A stretch of DNA of 39,115 bases from a virus: IMG/VR virus record IMGVR_UViG_3300025327_000007. One strand, 5' to 3'. Every line of letters begins with the position of its first letter. Positions within the stretch are counted from its first letter, which is position 1. This document shows positions 32,344 to 39,115 of the stretch, piece by piece. The translations under genes and the position numbers were made by a program. The notes beneath the pieces are model-generated. The model was not told the DNA's origin. It was given only the letters and a program-made list of their open reading frames with translations, and did not search any database.

Positions 32344-33077
32344 CAGCCTTGGTCCGTGTAGATCGACCATCGGCTGTGACCGACGCCGATCAGCGCCGCA
32401 GGGTCGAGCTTCAACTCTGCCGGCCGAGCGTTGGCGCGCTTGACCACTCCCATGCTCTCGGCTGCAGCCTTGGCGAGGCCAGCGGACACCTGGCTCTCAA
32501 ACGGAGCCGCGAGCTCGACAGCCAGGTTGGTGCGCAGCATCCGCTCATAACCGGGCGGCAAGCTGAACGCGCTCGTCAGCGCAGCTTGCCTGGCAACCGC
32601 AGTCGGCGAGTACAGGGCAAACTGGAGCGTCGTCCCCGTCGGAATCGGCAACAACTCGAGCGTACCGCGCGCGGTGCTGAACGTCGGGTTATACCACCAC
32701 GCTTGAGGCATGGTGTTTTCCAGCGCCTTGTTCGGCCACTCCCGATATGCAGCGTCAGTCAGTTGGAGGAGAGGTGTCTCGAGGTCCGGAGTCGGCGCCG
32801 TGTCGATGAGCCGGACATCGTCCAGGAACACAGGGCGCACGATGTCCACATCGCCCCCTGCGCCCACCGTGTAGCTCCCGTCACTCGGCGTGATCGCTTT
32901 GACGGTGCGGGTGCTGAAGTAGATGGCACGGTTGTCAGCCGCCCACTGATCCAGAAGGCCGTTGAGTAGCTCGAGTGCCAGGTCGCCGTCGGCTGCAGAC
33001 ATCACCTCGCCCGACGCGAGGACGCCTAGCGCCTGTAGCGCCCCACGGCAGATGTCGGCGACAGTGCTGACGGCCAC
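32343..33077 (-). CDS. Head-tail adaptor (P22 gp4 / T7 gp11-like)
   Basis: N-terminus VADICRGALQALGVLASGEVMSAADGDLALELLNGLLDQW resembles the podovirus adaptor N-terminal pattern. Confidence 0.5.
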   Translation of the reverse strand: MAVSTVADICRGALQALGVLASGEVMSAADGDLALELLNGLLDQWAADNRAIYFSTRTVKAITPSDGSYTVGAGGDVDIVRPVFLDDVRLIDTAPTPDLETPLLQLTDAAYREWPNKALENTMPQAWWYNPTFSTARGTLELLPIPTGTTLQFALYSPTAVARQAALTSAFSLPPGYERMLRTNLAVELAAPFESQVSAGLAKAAAESMGVVKRANARPAELKLDPAALIGVGHSRWSIYTDQG

Positions 33078-33083
33078 ATGAGC

Positions 33084-33602
33084 CTACGACTGCTTAGCCT
33101 TCCGCTTTGTCTTCGGCTGCTCCGGGATCTCGGGCAGATGCTCGAACGCTTCCTCGTCCGCTGCTCGCGCCTCGGCGCGCGCCGTCTCGCTCAGGCGCTT
33201 GTCCTCGTACAGCCTGTGCGCGGCGGCCACCGAGAGGCTGTCTTCGTCGCGAGTGGCGCGCTTCAGTGCGTCCTCCACGCTGTCAGACCAGCCTTCGGCG
33301 AGTGCCCGACGGTGCTCCTGCTCGCTCGCCACGGTGAAGTAGTTGCGTCGCGAGAACGCTTCGTCCTCAGGGTCGATCACCAGTAGCTTCCCGACCGGAA
33401 CGCCCTCGGCGTTCAGGTGTCGCGACGCCCGGTACAGCATGCGCGGGTACGGGTGGTTCTTCGGGTCGTACCCGGGGATTCGGTTCCGCGTCTCCCAACC
33501 CCGCATCTCCTGAGCGTACGGACTCAGATCCGGATAGCGGAACGACGGGATCTGATCCGGCGCCGGATCGTTGGCTGGGTTGAGGTCGAACACCCTGTCC
33601 AT
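33084..33602 (-). CDS. Hypothetical structural-module protein (172 aa)
   Basis: Tracked ORF. Contains a YPRMLY motif and a charged C-terminus. Confidence 0.55.
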   Translation of the reverse strand: MDRVFDLNPANDPAPDQIPSFRYPDLSPYAQEMRGWETRNRIPGYDPKNHPYPRMLYRASRHLNAEGVPVGKLLVIDPEDEAFSRRNYFTVASEQEHRRALAEGWSDSVEDALKRATRDEDSLSVAAAHRLYEDKRLSETARAEARAADEEAFEHLPEIPEQPKTKRKAKQS

Positions 33603-33611
33603 GAGTCCTCC

Positions 33612-34073
33612 CTACGTGGATGCTGTGGGCGCCTGCGTGATCGTCTCGACACCCAGGGCGCCCACCGTGTACGTCGTCTCTTGCTTCGTCCACCTCCGCA
33701 GGGTCGTGGATGCCCCGGGCCCCACAGCATCGCCCTGCGCAAACCACACAGCGCCCGTGAGCACGTTGATCCACGGAGACACCAACAGCTCGGTCGGCGG
33801 CAGTCCTGCCGGATCGCGCGAGTAGAGCTGGTCCGGCTGCGCGATCCAAGCCGTTGCGCCGTTCGGGTGCAGCTCGGCTCCAGTTCCGTCCTGGCCACGG
33901 CGGAGCCGGACAGGGTTCGCCAGTGGGTTGCCGATCACCGCTACCGACTCACGGTCGATGTACAGCCGCGTGCCGTCCGACAGGCCGGCGACGCTGGCGA
34001 CATAGGCTTCGCCATCCTCCCGCCCGAGCGGGGAAATCAGCGTCGTGCTCGACAGCGTGACGAGGTTGCCCAT
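33612..34073 (-). CDS. Hypothetical structural-module protein (153 aa)
   Basis: Tracked ORF. Confidence 0.55.
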   Translation of the reverse strand: MGNLVTLSSTTLISPLGREDGEAYVASVAGLSDGTRLYIDRESVAVIGNPLANPVRLRRGQDGTGAELHPNGATAWIAQPDQLYSRDPAGLPPTELLVSPWINVLTGAVWFAQGDAVGPGASTTLRRWTKQETTYTVGALGVETITQAPTAST

Positions 34074-34262
34074 CTACTTCTCGCCCTCCGCCTTCTCGCC
34101 TTCGTATACGACCGTATCACCCGTTGCGGCTTTGACCAGCCGCAGTTTCGCATGCCGGCCGATGATGGCCGCCTCTTGCTTGGCGTTCAACACGACGACC
34201 GTTCCGAGCCGAGTGTCCAACACCTTGGGATACTCGACGTCGGACGCCTGAGCCTTGCCCAT
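34074..34262 (-). CDS. Hypothetical protein (62 aa)
   Basis: Tracked ORF. Confidence 0.5.
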   Translation of the reverse strand: MGKAQASDVEYPKVLDTRLGTVVVLNAKQEAAIIGRHAKLRLVKAATGDTVVYEGEKAEGEK

Positions 34263-34265
34263 CAG

Positions 34266-35075
34266 TTACCGCCGGGCATAGCAGAGTGTGTACTCGTACG
34301 AATCCGCTCCGGACTGCGACGTCGCCCACTTCACCAGCTTGAAGTTCCCGCCTGGCGGGACAACGACAGGAGGAAAGTGGACGTTCAGCCCGACGACAGC
34401 GGTACCCGCCATCGTGACCCCGCCCGTGGGTGGACCGTACCCGGTGTTGCCGAAGCCGAAGAAGTACTGGTCCTCGACCACAGACACCGTGGACCGCAGA
34501 CGCTGATGATCGAGCCTCTTCTCGGTCGCTGCGGCGGTTGCCACAACCGCACCGAAGCTCACGATGGAGTCGCCGTCAGCCGCGCCACCGACAAGCGTAT
34601 TGACGACGGTTGCCACGGTCCCACCCGACGTCTTGACGGTAGACCCGTTGTTGTCAGCCCACAAGGTGAAGTCGGTTGTGCTTGATCCGGCGCCGATCGC
34701 CGTCATGCGGATCCGAACGAAGTCGGGATAGAGCCGTTTGGTCGTGCTCGCGTTGAAGACGTGCAGCAGCGGCTTGGTCGAGAGATCCGCTTGCACCGGA
34801 GCCGCATGGCCCGCGATCCCCGTCCCGTCCGTCACGTTGTAGGTGCAGTAGTACGATCCCTCGTCGGCGTAGGCGTACATCTTGCCCGCGCCCAGGGGGA
34901 GGGTGTAGGCCTCCCCATAGGAGCCGGTACGCGTGGGAGTGGCTGCTGCGGAGCCGTCCGCCGTGAACGTCGGCAGGGTCCGCGCCACAGCCGCGAGAAG
35001 GATGCCGCTCGACAGCGCAGCCAGCGTCAGCGCGAAGACGAGCGAGCGCCGGAGTCGGGTGATGAAGTTGCTCAT
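34266..35075 (-). CDS. Hypothetical protein with N-terminal signal anchor (269 aa)
   Basis: Internal ATG MSNFITRLRRSLVFALTLAALSSGILLAAV.. of tracked ORF 34266..35162. Confidence 0.5.
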   Translation of the reverse strand: MSNFITRLRRSLVFALTLAALSSGILLAAVARTLPTFTADGSAAATPTRTGSYGEAYTLPLGAGKMYAYADEGSYYCTYNVTDGTGIAGHAAPVQADLSTKPLLHVFNASTTKRLYPDFVRIRMTAIGAGSSTTDFTLWADNNGSTVKTSGGTVATVVNTLVGGAADGDSIVSFGAVVATAAATEKRLDHQRLRSTVSVVEDQYFFGFGNTGYGPPTGGVTMAGTAVVGLNVHFPPVVVPPGGNFKLVKWATSQSGADSYEYTLCYARR

Positions 35076-35083
35076 GGCCACCC

Positions 35084-35728
35084 TCACGCGATGCCCGCGA
35101 CCAAGTTGGTCACGGTGCCCGTCCATGCGGGCTGTGTGTACGCGAGCCACACGGCGTTGCACGCGATGAAGCGCACAGCCACCGGGCCCCCGCTGTTGAA
35201 CGTGAGCACGTCGTAGCTCGCGCCCTCGCCCCCGACACCACCGGTGAACGTCACGACGTGCGCCGCCGTGCCGTTGCCCACGATCACCAGCTCGTCACCG
35301 TCCATGTCGGTCGTGGGGATCGGGACCGTCAGGTTGATGACGCCCGTCCCGTTCAGGATCACGACATGGTCGGACCCAGCCGGGGTGTGGACCACCGTCG
35401 AGTTGTCGGCGGTGATCGACTCGATGATCCGAGGCCGGCCCGCAGTGATGTTGCCGACCGGGACGCCCGTACCGGGCTCGTCCCAATCGTCCGCCTGAGT
35501 GCCCACGACGACACCCGCAGTGACCACGTGCGCCGAGGTCAGCGAGCCTTCCCGGCCACGCAGCACCGGGATCGTGGTCGCCGTGCCGTTGTACGACTGC
35601 GCCACCTGCAGGAATTCCTGGTCGATGCGGAGCAGACGTCCCGTGGCGAAACCGGTCGCGGAAGCTACGACGATGGACGTGTCATCCACGCCCACCGCAC
35701 TCGAGAGAGTCGTTCTCGTCAGCGCCAT
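35084..35728 (-). CDS. Capsid-associated protein (decoration?), 214 aa
   Basis: Tracked ORF lying directly after the coat gene. Confidence 0.5.
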   Translation of the reverse strand: MALTRTTLSSAVGVDDTSIVVASATGFATGRLLRIDQEFLQVAQSYNGTATTIPVLRGREGSLTSAHVVTAGVVVGTQADDWDEPGTGVPVGNITAGRPRIIESITADNSTVVHTPAGSDHVVILNGTGVINLTVPIPTTDMDGDELVIVGNGTAAHVVTFTGGVGGEGASYDVLTFNSGGPVAVRFIACNAVWLAYTQPAWTGTVTNLVAGIA

Positions 35729-35737
35729 GGCTCCCTC

Positions 35738-36955
35738 CTACCCTTGCGCGCGAACAGCGAAACGAGCGTCGAGCGTCGCAGCGCCCACGATCGTGTCGAT
35801 GCGCGTGATGTTCTGGTCGGTGCGGACGTCCCACTGCTCAGCCATACGAAGCGCCACTCCTCGAGCGGGAGAACTGATCCGCTCGACGTTGGCGCCACCG
35901 TTCGGCTTGACCAGGTCCGCGGTCACGAACGCGAACGCCGCGGGATGGAATACCATCGACGTCGGAGACACGGTCGCGGCGAACGTTCCGCCCGCAGCCA
36001 TGTTCCAGTAGGTGAGCACCGCGTTGTTGGCCGGGCTGTTGCTCACGTTCTGGTACGCGCCCGACGTGACGATCGACGGCGTGATGCTGAGAGTGGCATC
36101 GCCCGCGGTGTCCGATACGTTCGCGGTGAGCGCGAAGCGCTGTAGCCGTCCGGTGGACTTCTTGCTCAGCGGGTTGACCGAGAACACCCCTCCCAGAGTG
36201 AAGGTGTCTCCCTTGACTCCGGAGAAGCTGGACCAGCCATCGGTGATCAGGCTCGAGCCGGTCTGGTTCGCGCCGTTCACCAAGGGCGTACTTGCGCCGG
36301 TAGCGGCTCCGCTCGTGAACGTGGCCACGTTCTGGTCTTCGTAAAACGTGAGTCCGAGCCCCTTACCCATGAACCCTTCACGGAAGGCTTCGGACGACTC
36401 CTCACGCGGGTTGAACATGGCCGCCACGGTGTCCGCGATCTGGATCGCGGCTTCCGGATCCAGCACCGCATTGCGACCCTGCTTGGTCACGGCGAGGTCC
36501 GTCAGCAGGCGCCCAGCCGTGAGGTACGTCAGCCGGGTCGTGGGTGTCGTGCCCAGCGTGCCGACGGCGTTGTACACGTCCTTGTAGACCGTCGAGAACG
36601 CCAGCGCGTCGATGACGGACGCCAGGGCGTTGCCCGCGGCCTTCGTCTCCTCCATCGCCGTGTTCAGCTCAGTCGTCTCCTGCCACGTGGACCAACCCAT
36701 GTCCACGTGCTTCTGGTTGGTCAGGGTGATCGGCACCGATCGGTTCTGGATGTTCTGCACGTCCAGCGCCTGACCGTCCGACACCATGAACAGCGGGGGC
36801 AGCCGATAGTTGACGGTGTTGCCAACCTTCGCGCCCTCGACCTTGTACTCGCTCGACGCGATGCGCTTCACGTGCGCGATGAACGTCAGCGAGTTCTCGT
36901 ACCCCCGCCCGACCTCCTTGAGGTACCAGAGCGGATCCTGAAAGGTGTTCGCCAT
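35738..36955 (-). CDS. Major capsid protein (P22 coat-like / HK97 fold)
   Basis: 405 aa, immediately after the scaffold gene, with composition typical of coat proteins. Confidence 0.75.
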   Translation of the reverse strand: MANTFQDPLWYLKEVGRGYENSLTFIAHVKRIASSEYKVEGAKVGNTVNYRLPPLFMVSDGQALDVQNIQNRSVPITLTNQKHVDMGWSTWQETTELNTAMEETKAAGNALASVIDALAFSTVYKDVYNAVGTLGTTPTTRLTYLTAGRLLTDLAVTKQGRNAVLDPEAAIQIADTVAAMFNPREESSEAFREGFMGKGLGLTFYEDQNVATFTSGAATGASTPLVNGANQTGSSLITDGWSSFSGVKGDTFTLGGVFSVNPLSKKSTGRLQRFALTANVSDTAGDATLSITPSIVTSGAYQNVSNSPANNAVLTYWNMAAGGTFAATVSPTSMVFHPAAFAFVTADLVKPNGGANVERISSPARGVALRMAEQWDVRTDQNITRIDTIVGAATLDARFAVRAQG

Positions 36956-36989
36956 GTCCCACCACGGGGCCCGTCGTCAGGCCCGGAAT

Positions 36990-38111
36990 CTATGCCGAGC
37001 GCCGTCTCCTGCGTTCCAGCGCGTTGTAGTACGAGGCATGTTCCTCATACGAAGACGCGCGGGGATCGGGCTCCGCATCGACTACCGCCGTCGTTCCCGC
37101 GACTGGCCGCGCGGGACGCGGTGCTTGACTCGAGAGCTTGGGCGCCGGATTGCCAGCAGTGGCGGCGTCCTCCAACTTGCTCTCGATCTTCCCCATCTCC
37201 CTCTCAAACTCACGAGGGCGCAGCGTGGAGAGGCGCTGGATTACGTCCGGATGCGCCGACAGAAAGCGCATCAGCCGAGGCGCATCGGCTGAGCGTAGAC
37301 ACTCGTCTGCAAGTGCATTCGCCGCGTTCGGGGTGCGGCCATCCGCCAACGCGAAGACGGACGGCTCGAGGTCCTGCAACTCGGGCACCAGCTCCTCCAG
37401 AAAAGCGGCGCCTCCGGCTTCCGACATCTGCTTGTCGAAGCTTTCGAAATGCTTCTGCATCTCGCTCTGGAAGCTTCGCTGACGATCTCGGACAGAGCGT
37501 TCGGCCTCGGCTTTGTCGAGTGCCTTCCGCACCGCCCAATCGGTGTGGTCCTTCAGGAACGTCTGAAAGTCCTTGCCCGCAGCGTCGTACGCTTCGACCG
37601 TGGGCTCATCGTCGGCATCGTCCGCCGCCGGCGGCGGCGTGTCCTTGAGCGGCTCTCGAGTGGCAGTCCTCAGTCGCTCGATCTCAGCATCACGCTCGCG
37701 GAGCTGGCGCTTGAGCTCGGCTGCCTCGCGCGTGGCTTGCAGCACTCGCTCGCGGGCATCGCGCTTGCGCTTCTCGATCGCGACCGCCTTCTCGTCTTCG
37801 GACTCCGGCTTCGCAGTCGCCCCGCCGGGCGCCGCAGCCTTACCTTCAACCGCATCGGCCGCATCCTGGTCCTCACCCTCGTCGGCCTTGACGGGCTTCG
37901 TCTTGCGCGCCTCGGCTGCTGCCTTCCCGCCCAACTGACCCAGCTTCGCGGCAGCCGCAGCAGCTTCGTCCTTCGCGGATGGCGCCTCGAGAGCGGTACG
38001 CACCTGATCTTCGGTGAGCCGGTTGCTGTCGGCAGTCCAGCCGTCGTGCTCGACAGTCACGTAGCTGGTGTTCCCGGTAGGCGCGTTGCCGACGCCCTCG
38101 GTGGAGGTCAT
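36990..38111 (-). CDS. Scaffolding protein
   Basis: 373 aa, highly charged and helical (A/E/K/R-rich). It lies between portal and coat. Confidence 0.7.
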   Translation of the reverse strand: MTSTEGVGNAPTGNTSYVTVEHDGWTADSNRLTEDQVRTALEAPSAKDEAAAAAAKLGQLGGKAAAEARKTKPVKADEGEDQDAADAVEGKAAAPGGATAKPESEDEKAVAIEKRKRDARERVLQATREAAELKRQLRERDAEIERLRTATREPLKDTPPPAADDADDEPTVEAYDAAGKDFQTFLKDHTDWAVRKALDKAEAERSVRDRQRSFQSEMQKHFESFDKQMSEAGGAAFLEELVPELQDLEPSVFALADGRTPNAANALADECLRSADAPRLMRFLSAHPDVIQRLSTLRPREFEREMGKIESKLEDAATAGNPAPKLSSQAPRPARPVAGTTAVVDAEPDPRASSYEEHASYYNALERRRRRSA

Positions 38112-38119
38112 CAGCGGAA

Positions 38120-38149
38120 AGTATCGACCCCCCGCCAGGCGCTTGTCAA
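38120..38149 (-). promoter_or_regulatory. Promoter P4 (TTGACA-18 nt-GATACT), only 8 nt upstream of the scaffold ATG
   Basis: Minus strand reads ggcTTGACAagcgcctggcggggggtcGATACTttccgctgATG. Confidence 0.45.
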
Positions 38150-38172
38150 GCCCCCAATGGGTGTCACCCGCC

Positions 38173-38427
38173 TCACCTGCCCAAGAGCAACCACTTCAGC
38201 CGCCGTGCGAGCCCAACCCGCTCGAATGCCGCAGCCCACAGCTCCAGCCTCTGTACCCGCTGCCGCCACGCTTGCCCTTCCAGCGCCTGGCACTCGAGCG
38301 CCTTGGTCAGGTCCTCGATCGCGCGAGCGTGACCCTCGAGAGCTTCGGTGTGGTCGAGGATAGCCTGACGCTGCTCGCGGTCCGATTCCGCGAACTCCAA
38401 TACCCGCGCTCTCGATATACCGGTCAA
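38173..38427 (-). CDS. Hypothetical helical protein (84 aa)
   Basis: Tracked ORF. Its TTG start overlaps the upstream TGA. Confidence 0.5.
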   Translation of the reverse strand: MTGISRARVLEFAESDREQRQAILDHTEALEGHARAIEDLTKALECQALEGQAWRQRVQRLELWAAAFERVGLARRLKWLLLGR

Positions 38428-38567
38428 GCCCCTTCGTCACTCTCGCCCGAAACCTGGTTCCGTTCCTGCCACCAAGCAAGGATGACAAACGCCAGCAGCG
38501 TCGCCCACAGGCCGTGAACTACGCCGTAGGCGAGCCCGATCGCAACCAGCATCGTTCTCCAGTTCAT
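38424..38567 (-). CDS. 47-aa membrane micro-protein (MNWRTMLVAIGLAYGVVHGLWATLLAFVILAWWQERNQVSGESDEGA)
   Basis: ATGA overlap with the portal stop. Two hydrophobic segments. Translated by hand. Confidence 0.4.
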   Translation of the reverse strand: MNWRTMLVAIGLAYGVVHGLWATLLAFVILAWWQERNQVSGESDEGA

Positions 38568-39115
38568 GCGGTATCTTCCCCCTCTCCGCGCGAGTTGGCG
38601 TTTGATTCGGACTGCGTCTGACTCGCCGAGAGTACAGTCTCTACGCGCGCCAGTCCGACCTCATGCCGCCGTTGCCGCTCGCTGTCCGTGAGATCCATCT
38701 GCTTCAGCATGAGCGCCGTTTGCGCCTCGAGCCGTTCGAGGATCAGCTTCATGGCGTTGTTCTGCTCGGCGACCGCTTGGCGGCTCGCGTTGTCCATCTC
38801 CGCTTTCTTCATCGTCGCCTGTTGCTCTGCCATCTTCGTCTCGATCGCCTGCGTGGCCTTCGCAAGCATGCCCTGGAGCTGACGCAGCTCGGCGTCCTTG
38901 GCTTGCAGTTGCGCAGTGAGCTGTTCGGGGCTCGGCGCCTCGCCCGCCTTCGCCGTCAACCCTGGCCGCTGCGTCTCGATCACCTTCAACAGCCGCGCAG
39001 CAAGCTCCTGGCTACCGGGCACGTCGAGGAACCGCGCCCAAATGTCCCCGAACACAGTCAGCATCTCGGGTGCCGCCTGGATCATCTGCGCAAGCTGTTC
39101 CTGACCCTGTTGCTG
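38564..39115 (-). CDS. Portal protein, C-terminal part (long helical/coiled-coil tail)
   Basis: Tracked ORF 38564..39085 is the in-frame continuation of 1..1804. It has a Q/A/E-rich helical C-terminus like the P22 portal barrel. Confidence 0.8.
   Translation of the reverse strand, partial: QQQGQEQLAQMIQAAPEMLTVFGDIWARFLDVPGSQELAARLLKVIETQRPGLTAKAGEAPSPEQLTAQLQAKDAELRQLQGMLAKATQAIETKMAEQQATMKKAEMDNASRQAVAEQNNAMKLILERLEAQTALMLKQMDLTDSERQRRHEVGLARVETVLSASQTQSESNANSRGEGEDTA
38989..39115. repeat. Terminal direct repeat, copy B (identical to 1..127)
   Basis: Same 127-bp string as the window start. This fits a circular assembly overlap or terminal redundancy. Confidence 0.95.

Noticed and set aside
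1-39115. Lysogeny module, DNA or RNA polymerase, CRISPR/anti-CRISPR or toxin-antitoxin genes
   Set aside because: I searched both strands by eye for integrase, recombinase, CI-like repressor, polymerase and RT motifs and recognised none. Absence cannot be proven without profile searches.

Overview
The window is a complete high-GC tailed-phage genome of about 38,988 unique bp. Bases 1-127 are repeated exactly at 38989-39115, and the portal gene reads through that junction. Apart from one nested HNH gene, all convincing genes are on the minus strand. About 30 gene junctions overlap as ATGA, GTGA or TGATG. Reading in the direction of transcription (descending coordinates), the layout is as follows. 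(1) A sigma70-like promoter near 23700 drives an early recombination module: an AAA_24/Sak4-like ATPase, a PD-(D/E)XK nuclease, a NinB-like protein and a DUF1064-like protein. (2) An accessory block at 20091-8677 holds five consecutive signal-peptide proteins, including fibre-like proteins, a tail-collar/HxH protein and a subtilase lipoprotein. It also holds small membrane proteins, a DUF5675/YkuD-like protein, a DUF4214 plus GH-like protein, a tRNA-Met, zinc-ribbon proteins and a tail fibre with four 180-bp repeats. (3) Next come a DUF1376 replication-type gene and a second consensus promoter that drives a (GGTCCY)35 microsatellite ORF. (4) The morphogenesis module is in P22 order: terS, intein-containing terL, portal (wrapping the ends), scaffold, coat, adaptor, gp10-like protein, ejection proteins and tailspike (38111-24191). 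(5) A 0.5-kb regulatory region lies at 23666-24190. The main curiosities are three homing-type elements and the exported module. The homing elements are a LAGLIDADG intein in TerL, an HNH gene nested antisense and in codon register inside the protease ORF, and an HNH gene fused to a duplicated 5' end of the DUF5675 gene. Other points of interest are the promoter-driven hexanucleotide-repeat ORF, a low-GC domain cassette in an ejection protein, and leaderless-type promoter geometry. All family assignments come from motif recognition by eye. No database search was run.
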